In this document: one piece after another, positions 18,401 to 29,188 of the stretch
Numbering within the stretch: position 1 is the first letter of the stretch
How the letters are laid out: every line of letters begins with the position of its first letter
Assembly (NCBI RefSeq): GCF_000026545.1
Contig: NC_011601.1
Strand: one strand, 5' to 3'
Origin: Escherichia coli O127:H6 str. E2348/69
Lineage (GTDB): Bacteria > Pseudomonadota > Gammaproteobacteria > Enterobacterales > Enterobacteriaceae
Length of the DNA stretch: 64,000 nucleotides
Made by a program: the position numbers and the translations under genes
Notes under the pieces: model-generated
What the model saw: the letters and a program-made list of their open reading frames with translations, nothing else
What the model was told of the DNA's origin: nothing
Database searches by the model: none

Positions 18401-19894
18401 ATGCAGAAAACGTTAATGGCCAGTTTGATCGGCCTTACAGTTTGCACAGGGAATGCTTTTAGTCCTGCCTTAGCCGCAGAGGCTAAACAACCTAATTTAG
18501 TCATTATTATGGCGGATGATTTAGGTTATGGCGATTTAGCAACATATGGTCATCAGATCGTTAAAACACCTAATATCGACAGGCTTGCCCAGGAAGGGGT
18601 CAAATTTACTGACTACTATGCCCCCGCTCCTTTAAGTTCACCTTCACGCGCAGGGCTATTAACCGGCCGGATGCCATTTCGTACTGGAATTCGCTCATGG
18701 ATTCCTTCAGGCAAAGATGTTGCCTTAGGGCGTAACGAACTCACGATTGCTAATCTACTCAAAGCGCAAGGGTACGACACGGCAATGATGGGTAAGCTGC
18801 ATCTGAATGCAGGCGGCGATCGCACCGATCAGCCACAAGCACAAGATATGGGCTTTGATTACTCACTGGTTAATACGGCGGGCTTTGTTACCGACGCCAC
18901 GCTGGATAACGCTAAAGAACGCCCGCGTTATGGCATGGTTTACCCGACAGGCTGGCTACGTAACGGGCAACCCACTCCACGAGCCGATAAAATGAGCGGT
19001 GAGTATGTCAGTTCGGAAGTCGTCAACTGGCTGGATAACAAAAAGGACAGCAAGCCTTTCTTCCTCTATGTTGCTTTTACCGAAGTGCATAGCCCCCTGG
19101 CTTCGCCCAAAAAATACCTCGATATGTACTCACAATATATGAGCGCGTATCAGAAGCAGCATCCTGATTTATTTTATGGCGACTGGGCAGACAAACCCTG
19201 GCGTGGTGTGGGGGAATATTATGCCAATATCAGCTATCTGGATGCACAGGTTGGAAAAGTGCTGGATAAAATCAAAGCGATGGGTGAAGAAGATAACACC
19301 ATCGTTATTTTTACCAGTGATAACGGTCCGGTAACGCGTGAAGCGCGCAAAGTGTATGAGCTGAATTTGGCAGGGGAAACGGATGGATTACGCGGTCGCA
19401 AGGATAACCTTTGGGAAGGCGGAATTCGTGTTCCAGCCATTATTAAATATGGTAAACATCTACCACAGGGAATGGTTTCAGATACACCCGTTTATGGTCT
19501 GGACTGGATGCCTACTTTAGCGAAAATGATGAACTTCAAATTACCTACAGACCGTACTTTCGATGGTGAATCGCTGGTTCCTGTTCTTGAGCAAAAAGCA
19601 TTGAAACGCGAAAAGCCATTAATTTTCGGGATTGATATGCCATTCCAGGATGATCCAACCGATGAATGGGCGATCCGTGATGGTGACTGGAAGATGATTA
19701 TCGATCGCAATAATAAACCGAAATATCTCTACAATCTGAAATCTGATCGTTATGAAACACTTAATCTGATCGGTAAAAAACCAGATATTGAAAAACAGAT
19801 GTATGGTAAGTTTTTAAAATATAAAACTGATATTGATAATGATTCTCTAATGAAAGCCAGAGGTGATAAACCAGAAGCGGTGACCTGGGGCTAA
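18401..19894 (+). CDS. periplasmic sulfatase, Ser-type
   Basis: 497-aa ORF; signal peptide ending ALAAEA; sulfatase signature PLSSPSRAGLLTG with Ser at the formylglycine position; conserved N-terminal IIMADDLGYGD metal-binding region. Confidence 0.85.
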   Translation: MQKTLMASLIGLTVCTGNAFSPALAAEAKQPNLVIIMADDLGYGDLATYGHQIVKTPNIDRLAQEGVKFTDYYAPAPLSSPSRAGLLTGRMPFRTGIRSWIPSGKDVALGRNELTIANLLKAQGYDTAMMGKLHLNAGGDRTDQPQAQDMGFDYSLVNTAGFVTDATLDNAKERPRYGMVYPTGWLRNGQPTPRADKMSGEYVSSEVVNWLDNKKDSKPFFLYVAFTEVHSPLASPKKYLDMYSQYMSAYQKQHPDLFYGDWADKPWRGVGEYYANISYLDAQVGKVLDKIKAMGEEDNTIVIFTSDNGPVTREARKVYELNLAGETDGLRGRKDNLWEGGIRVPAIIKYGKHLPQGMVSDTPVYGLDWMPTLAKMMNFKLPTDRTFDGESLVPVLEQKALKREKPLIFGIDMPFQDDPTDEWAIRDGDWKMIIDRNNKPKYLYNLKSDRYETLNLIGKKPDIEKQMYGKFLKYKTDIDNDSLMKARGDKPEAVTWG

Positions 19895-19942
19895 CCTGAT
19901 AATCATAATAAATGTAATGTATGCCATTTAGGGCTATGCCCG

Positions 19943-19979
19943 CCTGATTCAGTGCTACGCATTGAATCAGGTTCTTTTC
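19943..19979 (+). terminator. putative rho-independent terminator after the sulfatase gene
   Basis: 9-bp stem cctgattca / tgaatcagg with 11-nt loop, followed by ttcttttcg. Confidence 0.45.
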
Positions 19980-20016
19980 GCGTTGAACAATATCAAGATA
20001 CGGCTATTCGCAGGGA

Positions 20017-21282
20017 GTGGATATGTTTACCAACGTAAATGTTGATTGTTGCAAAACACCAGGATGTAAAAACCTGGGGTTGCTGAATAGCCAGGATTAT
20101 GTCGCACAGGGTAAAAATATTTTATGCCGTGAATGTGGTTACTTGTTTCCAGTGATATCTGAACAGTCGCTTAATATTTATCGTAATATTGTGAATCACT
20201 CCTGGAGAGGTTTGATTTGCCAATGTTCAACTTGCGGAGGCACGTCCCTCAAAAAATATGGATATTCTGCACAAGGCCAGAGAAGAATGTATTGCCATCA
20301 TTGTGAGAAAACATTTATCACTCTGGAACATGTAATTACCACACCACGAGGAGCCCAGTTAGCATTGATGATTGAGCAAGGGGAGGCACTTGCGGATATC
20401 AGAAAGTCATTACTTCTTAACAGCACTGGACTTAGCCGTGAACTGTTAAAATTAGCGCGTGAAGCAAACTATAAAGAAAGTCGACAGTGTTTCCCAGCTT
20501 CTGATATTACCCTGAGTACCCGCGCTTTTCGCGTCAAGTATAATGGTAGCAATAACTCTCTTTATGCTCTTGTTACCGCAGAAGAACAAAGCGGCAGGGT
20601 GGTTGCCATCTCAACCAATTACTCCTCATCTGCCGTAGAGCAACATTATCAATACACATCGAACTATGAAGAGCGTATGTCTCCAGGGACGCTGGCACAT
20701 CATGTCCAGCGCAAAGAGTTACTTACTATGCGGCGGGATACCTTGTTTGATATTGATTACGGCCCGGCAGTTTTACATCAAAACGATCCGGGAATGTTGG
20801 TAAAACCGGTTCTTCCGGCATATCGCCATTTTGAACTGGTCAGAATACTGACCGATGAGCATTCCAACAACGTTCAGCATTACCTTGATCACGAATGCTT
20901 TATATTGGGCGGCTGCCTGATGGCTAATTTGCAGCATATTCATCAAGGTCGCTGCCATATTTCCTTTGTCAAAGAGCGCGGTGTGGCACCCGCCACCATT
21001 GATTTTCCACCGCGATTATTCCTTAGTGGTGGGGTACGAAATAATGTCTGGCGTGCATTTTCTAACCGCAATTATTCAATGGCTGTATGCAATCTCACTG
21101 GCAGTAAGAAAGTCCGCGAGATGCGGCATGCAACATTGAACAGTGCGACGCGTTTTATCCACTTTGTGGAGAACCATCCTTTCCTTATATCATTGAACCG
21201 AATGTCTCCTGCGAATGTCGTTTCTACATTAGATATCCTCAAACATCTGTGGAATAAAAAACTAGAGCATGGAACAATTTAA
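20017..21282 (+). CDS. cysteine-rich hypothetical protein with N-terminal zinc-ribbon-like region
   Basis: 421-aa ORF; first ~100 aa carry CCx4C, CxxC, CxCxxC and YCHHCEKTF motifs resembling transposase/InsA-type zinc ribbons, followed by a possible HTH; no CxxxCxxC radical-SAM motif; AGGGAG RBS favours the ATG at 20023 over the GTG at 20017. Confidence 0.6.
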   Translation: MDMFTNVNVDCCKTPGCKNLGLLNSQDYVAQGKNILCRECGYLFPVISEQSLNIYRNIVNHSWRGLICQCSTCGGTSLKKYGYSAQGQRRMYCHHCEKTFITLEHVITTPRGAQLALMIEQGEALADIRKSLLLNSTGLSRELLKLAREANYKESRQCFPASDITLSTRAFRVKYNGSNNSLYALVTAEEQSGRVVAISTNYSSSAVEQHYQYTSNYEERMSPGTLAHHVQRKELLTMRRDTLFDIDYGPAVLHQNDPGMLVKPVLPAYRHFELVRILTDEHSNNVQHYLDHECFILGGCLMANLQHIHQGRCHISFVKERGVAPATIDFPPRLFLSGGVRNNVWRAFSNRNYSMAVCNLTGSKKVREMRHATLNSATRFIHFVENHPFLISLNRMSPANVVSTLDILKHLWNKKLEHGTI

Positions 21283-21516
21283 TTATTACTTTTCCGAATA
21301 ATTTCTTCAGTAATCTTGACATTAGACTATGATTAATGGGGTTTAAGGTCATCAGCCGCCGCTTTCGGGCATCAAAAACTCATCTCTCGCTGATGGCGCA
21401 ATTCTTTTAATAGGTCGTAAAAAGCGAGCTATTCCTACACTATAATCTGATTTTAACGATGATTCGTGCGGGGTAAAATCGTGAAAACGATCTATTCACC
21501 TGAAGAGAAATAAAAA

Positions 21517-22683
21517 GTGAAACATCTGCATCGATTCTTTAGCAGTGATGCCTCGGGAGGCATTATTCTCATTATTGCCGCTGTATTAGCGATGATTATG
21601 GCCAACAGCGGTGCAACCAGTGGATGGTATCACGACTTTCTTGAGACGCCGGTTCAGCTCCGGGTTGGGACACTTGAGATCAACAAGAACATGCTGCTAT
21701 GGATCAATGACGCTCTGATGGCGGTATTTTTCCTGTTGGTTGGTCTGGAAGTTAAACGCGAGCTGATGCAAGGTTCGCTGGCCAGTCTGCGCCAGGCGGC
21801 ATTTCCTGTTATTGCCGCAATCGGCGGGATGATTGTCCCGGCATTGCTCTATCTGGCTTTTAACTATGCCGATCCTATCACTCGCGAAGGCTGGGCAATC
21901 CCGGCGGCGACTGACATTGCCTTTGCACTTGGTGTGTTGGCGCTGTTGGGAAGTCGTGTTCCGTTAGCGCTGAAGATCTTTTTGATGGCTCTGGCTATTA
22001 TCGACGATCTTGGGGCCATCATTATCATCGCATTGTTCTACACTAATGACTTATCGATGGCCTCTCTTGGCGTCGCGGCTGTAGCAATTGCGGTACTCGC
22101 GGTATTGAATCTGTGTGGTGTACGCCGCACGGGCGTTTATATTCTGGTTGGCGTGGTGCTGTGGACAGCGGTGTTGAAATCAGGTGTCCATGCAACGCTG
22201 GCTGGCGTCATTGTCGGCTTCTTTATTCCGTTAAAAGAGAAGCATGGGCGTTCTCCAGCGAAGCGACTGGAGCATGTGTTGCACCCGTGGGTGGCGTATC
22301 TGATTTTGCCGCTGTTTGCATTTGCTAATGCTGGCGTTTCACTGCAAGGTGTCACGCTGGAAGGTTTGACCTCCATTCTGCCATTAGGGATCATCGCTGG
22401 TTTGCTGATTGGCAAGCCACTGGGTATTAGTCTGTTCTGCTGGTTGGCGCTGCGTTTGAAACTGGCGCATCTGCCAGAGGGAACGACTTACCAGCAAATT
22501 ATGGCGGTTGGTATCCTGTGCGGTATCGGTTTTACTATGTCTATCTTTATTGCCAGCCTGGCATTTGGTAGCGTAGATCCAGAACTGATTAACTGGGCAA
22601 AATTAGGCATCCTTGTCGGTTCAATTTCTTCGGCGGTAATTGGATATAGCTGGTTACGCGTTCGTTTACGTCCATCAGTTTGA
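21517..22683 (+). CDS. nhaA: Na+/H+ antiporter
   Basis: 388-aa [25 protein letters not shown] start. Confidence 0.95.
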   Translation: MKHLHRFFSSDASGGIILIIAAVLAMIMANSGATSGWYHDFLETPVQLRVGTLEINKNMLLWINDALMAVFFLLVGLEVKRELMQGSLASLRQAAFPVIAAIGGMIVPALLYLAFNYADPITREGWAIPAATDIAFALGVLALLGSRVPLALKIFLMALAIIDDLGAIIIIALFYTNDLSMASLGVAAVAIAVLAVLNLCGVRRTGVYILVGVVLWTAVLKSGVHATLAGVIVGFFIPLKEKHGRSPAKRLEHVLHPWVAYLILPLFAFANAGVSLQGVTLEGLTSILPLGIIAGLLIGKPLGISLFCWLALRLKLAHLPEGTTYQQIMAVGILCGIGFTMSIFIASLAFGSVDPELINWAKLGILVGSISSAVIGYSWLRVRLRPSV

Positions 22684-22742
22684 CAGGACGATGTACTGGG
22701 GAGCCATAAACGGCTCCCTTTTCATTGTTATCAGGGAGAGAA

Positions 22743-23648
22743 ATGAGCATGTCTCATATCAATTACAACCACTTGTATTACTTCTGGCATGTCTACAAAG
22801 AAGGTTCTGTGGTTGGCGCAGCGGAGGCGCTTTATTTAACACCACAAACCATTACCGGGCAGATCCGGGCGCTGGAAGAGCGCCTGCAAGGGAAACTATT
22901 TAAGCGTAAAGGACGTGGTCTGGAACCCAGCGAACTGGGGGAACTGGTCTATCGCTATGCCGATAAAATGTTCACCTTAAGCCAGGAAATGCTGGATATC
23001 GTCAACTATCGCAAAGAGTCCAACTTATTGTTTGATGTTGGTGTGGCAGATGCACTTTCCAAACGTCTGGTCAGCAGTGTTCTGGATGCCGCAGTTGTGG
23101 AAGACGAGCAGATCCATCTACGCTGTTTCGAATCGACGCACGAGATGCTTTTAGAGCAGTTGAGTCAGCATAAACTGGATATGATCATCTCTGACTGTCC
23201 GATCGATTCCACTCAGCAGGAAGGGCTGTTTTCCATGAAAATTGGCGAGTGTGGTATCAGTTTCTGGTGCACTAACCCACTACCAGAAAAGCCGTTTCCT
23301 GCCTGTCTTGAAGAGCGTCGTTTACTTATTCCGGGGCGTCGCTCAATGTTGGGGCGTAAACTATTAAACTGGTTTAACTCCCAGGGCTTGAATGTCGAAA
23401 TTTTGGGTGAGTTTGATGATGCTGCGTTGATGAAAGCCTTTGGGGCGACGCATAACGCTATTTTCGTTGCACCTTCGCTTTACGCTAATGATTTCTATAA
23501 CGATGACTCGGTTGTGGAGATAGGCCGTGTTGAGAACGTGATGGAAGAGTACCACGCGATTTTTGCCGAAAGGATGATTCAGCACCCTGCAGTACAGCGT
23601 ATCTGCAATACAGACTATTCTGCGCTGTTTACTCCAGCTTCAAAATAA
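22743..23648 (+). CDS. nhaR: LysR-family regulator of nhaA
   Basis: 301-aa [51 protein letters not shown] (HTH); track start 22725 is an extension. Confidence 0.9.
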   Translation: MSMSHINYNHLYYFWHVYKEGSVVGAAEALYLTPQTITGQIRALEERLQGKLFKRKGRGLEPSELGELVYRYADKMFTLSQEMLDIVNYRKESNLLFDVGVADALSKRLVSSVLDAAVVEDEQIHLRCFESTHEMLLEQLSQHKLDMIISDCPIDSTQQEGLFSMKIGECGISFWCTNPLPEKPFPACLEERRLLIPGRRSMLGRKLLNWFNSQGLNVEILGEFDDAALMKAFGATHNAIFVAPSLYANDFYNDDSVVEIGRVENVMEEYHAIFAERMIQHPAVQRICNTDYSALFTPASK

Positions 23649-23692
23649 ACATTTGTACTTTGCAGGCCGAATTTTGGCCTGCAGATGGATAT

Positions 23693-23720
23693 AAAAAAAC
23701 CCGCCAGAGCGGGTTTTTTT
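23693..23720. terminator. bidirectional rho-independent terminator (nhaR / rpsT)
   Basis: aaaaaaa-cccgc-cagagcggg-ttttttt: hairpin flanked by A-run and T-run between convergent genes. Confidence 0.6.
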
Positions 23721-23743
23721 ACAAAGCTGACAACAACAGGCAA

Positions 23744-24028
<285 letters not shown>

Positions 24029-24109
24029 CTATATGGACAATTCAAAGGCCGAGGAATATGCCCTTTTAGCCTTCTTTTGTCAATGGATTTGTGCAAATAA
24101 GCGCCGTTA

Positions 24110-24328
24110 ATGTGCCGGCACTCGTTACGTAGTGATGGCGCAGGATTCTACCAGCTTGCGGGGTGTGAATACAGCTTTTCCGCGAGAAAAATTGCAGCAG
24201 GCGGTCAGTTTCTTCCCATGATTTGCGCCATAGCAATGAAAAGCCACTTCTTTCTGATTTCGGTACTCAATCGCCGGTTAACCTTGACCGCTGTACAAGG
24301 TATACTCGGACGATTTTCACTGTTTTGA
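24110..24328 (+). CDS. yaaY: small uncharacterised ORF at the yaaY position
   Basis: 72-aa ORF between rpsT and ribF in the position of K-12 yaaY; coding status uncertain. Confidence 0.35.
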   Translation: MCRHSLRSDGAGFYQLAGCEYSFSARKIAAGGQFLPMICAIAMKSHFFLISVLNRRLTLTAVQGILGRFSLF

Positions 24329-24335
24329 GCCAGAC

Positions 24336-25277
24336 ATGAAGCTGATACGCGGCATACATAATCTCAGCCAGGCCCCGCAAGAAGGGTGTGTGCTGACTAT
24401 TGGTAATTTCGACGGCGTGCATCGCGGTCATCGCGCGCTGTTACAGGGCTTGCAGGAAGAAGGGCGCAAGCGCAACTTACCGGTGATGGTGATGCTTTTT
24501 GAACCTCAACCACTGGAACTGTTTGCTACTGATAAAGCCCCGGCACGGCTGACCCGGCTGCGGGAAAAACTGCGTTATCTTGCAGAGTGTGGCGTTGATT
24601 ACGTGCTGTGCGTGCGTTTTGACAGGCGTTTTGCGGCGTTAACCGCGCAAAACTTCATCAGTGATCTTCTGGTGAGGCACTTGCGGGTAAAATTTCTTGC
24701 CGTAGGTGACGATTTCCGCTTTGGCGCTGGTCGTGAAGGCGATTTCTTGTTATTACAGAAAGCGGGCATGGAATACGGCTTCGATATCACCAGCACGCAA
24801 ACTTTTTGCGAAGGTGGCGTGCGTATCAGCAGCACCGCCGTGCGTCAGGCGCTGGCGGATGACAATCTGGCTCTGGCAGAAAGTTTACTGGGGCACCCGT
24901 TTGCTATCTCCGGGCGTGTAGTCCACGGTGATGAATTAGGGCGCACTATAGGTTTCCCGACGGCGAATGTACCGCTACGCCGTCAGGTTTCCCCGGTGAA
25001 AGGGGTGTATGCGGTAGAAGTGTTGGGCCTTGGCGAAAAGCCGTTACCCGGCGTTGCAAACATCGGAACACGCCCAACGGTTGCCGGTATTCGCCAGCAA
25101 CTGGAAGTGCATTTGTTAGATGTTGCAATGGACCTTTATGGTCGCCATATACAAGTAGTGCTGCGTAAAAAAATACGCAATGAGCAGCGATTTGCATCGC
25201 TGGACGAACTGAAAGCGCAGATTGCGCGTGATGAATTAACCGCCCGCGAATTTTTTGGGCTAACAAAACCGGCTTAA
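24336..25277 (+). CDS. ribF: riboflavin kinase / FAD synthetase
   Basis: 313-aa ORF MKLIRGIHNLSQAPQEGCVLTIGNFDGVHRGH. Confidence 0.95.
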   Translation: MKLIRGIHNLSQAPQEGCVLTIGNFDGVHRGHRALLQGLQEEGRKRNLPVMVMLFEPQPLELFATDKAPARLTRLREKLRYLAECGVDYVLCVRFDRRFAALTAQNFISDLLVRHLRVKFLAVGDDFRFGAGREGDFLLLQKAGMEYGFDITSTQTFCEGGVRISSTAVRQALADDNLALAESLLGHPFAISGRVVHGDELGRTIGFPTANVPLRRQVSPVKGVYAVEVLGLGEKPLPGVANIGTRPTVAGIRQQLEVHLLDVAMDLYGRHIQVVLRKKIRNEQRFASLDELKAQIARDELTAREFFGLTKPA

Positions 25278-25319
25278 GCCTGTTATGTAATCAAACCGAA
25301 ATACGGAACCGAGAATCTG

Positions 25320-28136
25320 ATGAGTGACTATAAATCAACCCTGAATTTGCCGGAAACAGGGTTCCCGATGCGTGGCGATCTCGCCAAGCGCGAACCGGGA
25401 ATGCTGGCGCGTTGGACTGATGATGATCTGTACGGCATCATTCGTGCAGCTAAAAAAGGCAAAAAAACCTTCATTCTGCATGATGGCCCTCCTTATGCGA
25501 ATGGCAGCATTCATATTGGTCACTCGGTTAACAAGATTCTGAAAGACATTATCATTAAGTCCAAAGGGCTTTCTGGATATGACTCGCCGTATGTGCCTGG
25601 CTGGGACTGTCATGGTCTGCCAATCGAACTGAAAGTAGAGCAAGAATACGGTAAGCCGGGGGAGAAATTCACCGCCGCTGAGTTCCGCGCCAAGTGCCGC
25701 GAATACGCTGCGACCCAGGTTGACGGTCAGCGCAAAGACTTTATCCGTCTGGGCGTGCTGGGCGACTGGTCGCACCCGTACCTGACCATGGACTTCAAAA
25801 CTGAAGCCAACATCATCCGCGCGCTGGGCAAAATCATCGGCAACGGTCACCTGCACAAAGGCGCGAAGCCGGTGCACTGGTGCGTTGACTGCCGTTCTGC
25901 ACTGGCAGAAGCGGAAGTTGAGTATTACGACAAAACTTCTCCGTCCATCGACGTCGCTTTCCAGGCGGTCGATCAGGATGCGCTGAAAACGAAATTTGGT
26001 GTAAGCAATGTTAACGGCCCAATTTCGCTGGTTATCTGGACCACCACGCCGTGGACGCTGCCTGCTAACCGCGCAATCTCCATTGCACCTGATTTTGATT
26101 ATGCGCTGGTGCAAATCGACGGTCAGGCCGTGATCCTCGCGAAAGATCTGGTTGAAAGCGTAATGCAGCGTATCGGCGTTAGCGATTACACCATTCTTGG
26201 CACGGTGAAAGGTGCCGAGCTGGAACTGTTGCGCTTTACCCATCCGTTTATGGACTTCGATGTTCCGGCAATTCTCGGCGACCACGTTACGCTGGATGCC
26301 GGTACCGGTGCCGTTCATACCGCGCCAGGCCACGGTCCGGACGACTATGTGATCGGTCAAAAATATGGTCTGGAAACCGCTAACCCGGTTGGCCCGGACG
26401 GCACTTATCTGCCGGGTACTTATCCGACTCTGGATGGCGTTAACGTCTTCAAAGCGAACGATATTGTCATTGCGTTGTTGCAGGAAAAAGGCGCACTGTT
26501 GCACGTTGAGAAAATGCAACACAGCTATCCGTGCTGCTGGCGTCATAAAACACCGATCATCTTCCGCGCGACGCCGCAGTGGTTCGTCAGCATGGATCAG
26601 AAAGGTCTGCGTGCGCAGTCACTGAAAGAGATCAAAGGCGTGCAGTGGATCCCTGACTGGGGCCAGGCGCGTATCGAGTCGATGGTTGCTAACCGTCCTG
26701 ACTGGTGTATCTCTCGTCAGCGTACCTGGGGCGTGCCGATGTCACTGTTCGTGCACAAAGACACAGAAGAACTGCATCCGCGTACTCTCGAACTGATGGA
26801 AGAAGTGGCAAAACGCGTTGAAGTTGACGGCATTCAGGCGTGGTGGGATCTCGATGCGAAAGAGATCCTCGGCGACGAAGCTGACCAGTATGTGAAAGTA
26901 CCGGATACGCTGGATGTATGGTTTGACTCCGGATCTACCCACTCTTCCGTTGTTGATGTGCGTCCGGAATTTGCCGGTCACGCAGCGGACATGTATCTGG
27001 AAGGTTCTGACCAACACCGTGGCTGGTTCATGTCTTCCCTGATGATCTCTACCGCGATGAAGGGCAAAGCGCCATATCGTCAGGTACTGACTCACGGCTT
27101 TACCGTGGATGGTCAGGGTCGCAAGATGTCTAAATCCATCGGTAACACCGTTTCGCCGCAGGATGTGATGAACAAACTGGGTGCGGATATTCTGCGTCTG
27201 TGGGTGGCATCAACCGACTACACCGGCGAAATGGCTGTTTCTGACGAGATTCTGAAACGTGCTGCCGACAGCTATCGTCGTATCCGTAACACCGCGCGCT
27301 TCCTGCTGGCAAACCTGAACGGTTTTGATCCGGCAAAAGATATGGTGAAACCGGAAGAGATGGTGGTACTGGATCGCTGGGCCGTAGGTTGTGCGAAAGC
27401 GGCACAGGAAGACATCCTCAAGGCGTACGAAGCATACGATTTCCACGAAGTGGTACAGCGTCTGATGCGCTTCTGCTCCGTTGAGATGGGGTCCTTCTAC
27501 CTCGACATCATCAAAGACCGTCAGTATACCGCCAAAGCGGACAGCGTGGCGCGTCGTAGCTGCCAGACTGCGCTGTATCACATCGCAGAAGCGCTGGTTC
27601 GCTGGATGGCACCAATCCTCTCCTTCACCGCTGATGAAGTGTGGGGTTACCTGCCGGGCGAACGTGAAAAATACGTCTTCACCGGCGAGTGGTACGAAGG
27701 CCTGTTTGGTCTGGCAGACAGTGAAGCAATGAACGATGCGTTCTGGGACGAGCTGTTGAAAGTGCGTGGCGAAGTGAACAAAGTCATTGAGCAAGCGCGT
27801 GCCGATAAGAAAGTGGGCGGCTCGCTGGAAGCGGCAGTAACCTTGTATGCAGAACCGGTACTGGCGGCGAAACTGACCGCGCTGGGCGATGAATTACGAT
27901 TTGTCCTGTTGACCTCCGGCGCTACCGTTGCAGACTATAACGACGCACCTGCTGATGCTCAGCAGAGCGAAGTACTCAAAGGTCTGAAAGTCGCGTTGAG
28001 TAAAGCCGAAGGTGAGAAGTGCCCTCGCTGCTGGCACTACACCCAGGATGTCGGCAAGGTGGCGGAACACGCAGAAATCTGCGGCCGCTGTGTCAGCAAC
28101 GTCGCCGGTGACGGTGAAAAACGTAAGTTTGCCTGA
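25320..28136 (+). CDS. ileS: isoleucyl-tRNA synthetase
   Basis: 938-aa ORF with HIGH motif ([12 protein letters not shown]) and KMSKS motif. Confidence 0.97.
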
Positions 28137-28630
28137 TGAGTCAATCGATCTGTTCAACAGGGCTACGCTGGCTGTGGCTGGTGGTAGTCGTGCTGATTAT
28201 CGATCTGGGCAGCAAATACCTGATCCTTCAGAACTTTGCTCTGGGGGATACGGTCCCGCTGTTCCCGTCGCTTAATCTGCATTATGCGCGTAACTATGGC
28301 GCAGCGTTTAGTTTCCTTGCCGATAGCGGCGGCTGGCAGCGTTGGTTTTTTGCCGGTATTGCGATTGGTATTAGCGTGATCCTGGCAGTGATGATGTATC
28401 GCTCGAAGGCCACGCAGAAGCTAAACAATATCGCTTACGCGCTGATTATTGGCGGCGCGCTGGGCAACCTGTTCGACCGCCTGTGGCACGGCTTCGTTGT
28501 CGATATGATCGACTTCTATGTCGGCGACTGGCACTTCGCCACCTTCAACCTTGCCGATACTGCCATTTGTGTCGGTGCGGCACTGATTGTGCTGGAAGGT
28601 TTTTTACCTTCTAAAGCGAAAAAACAATAA
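28136..28630 (+). CDS. lspA: lipoprotein signal peptidase II
   Basis: 164-aa membrane ORF; start overlaps ileS stop by 1 nt (ATGA). Confidence 0.95.
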
Positions 28631-28637
28631 TAAACCC

Positions 28638-28706
28638 TGCCGGATGCGATGCTGACGCATCTTATCCGGCCTACAGATTGCTGCGAAATCGTAGGTCGCA
28701 TCCGGC
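28638..28706. repeat. REP (repetitive extragenic palindromic) element pair
   Basis: gccggatgcgatgctgacgcatcttatccggcctac plus inverted partner gtaggtcgcatccggc. Confidence 0.5.
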
Positions 28707-28737
28707 AAAAATCCTCAAAATATAAGAGCAAACCTGC

Positions 28738-29187
28738 ATGTCTGAATCTGTACAGAGCAATAGCGCCGTCCTGGTGCACTTCACGCTAAAACTCGACGAT
28801 GGCACCACTGCTGAGTCTACCCGCAACAACGGTAAACCGGCGCTGTTCCGCCTGGGTGATGCTTCTCTTTCTGAAGGGCTGGAGCAACACCTGCTGGGGC
28901 TGAAAGTGGGCGATAAAACCACCTTCTCGCTGGAGCCAGATGCGGCGTTTGGCGTGCCGTCACCGGACCTGATTCAGTACTTCTCCCGCCGTGAATTTAT
29001 GGATGCAGGCGAGCCAGAAATTGGCGCAATCATGCTTTTTACCGCAATGGATGGCAGTGAGATGCCTGGCGTGATCCGCGAAATTAACGGCGACTCCATT
29101 ACCGTTGATTTCAACCATCCGCTGGCCGGGCAGACCGTTCATTTTGATATTGAAGTGCTGGAAATCGATCCGGCACTGGAGGCGTAA
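28738..29187 (+). CDS. fkpB: FKBP-type peptidyl-prolyl isomerase
   Basis: 149-aa [26 protein letters not shown]. Confidence 0.9.
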
Positions 29188-29188
29188 C

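Noticed and set aside
20017-21282. Possibility that the 421-aa Cys-rich protein is the anaerobic sulfatase-maturating enzyme
   Set aside because: No CxxxCxxC radical-SAM cluster motif anywhere in the protein; the Cys spacing fits zinc-ribbon motifs instead
25335-26546. 403-aa minus-strand ORF inside ileS
   Set aside because: Antisense to ileS; shadow ORF
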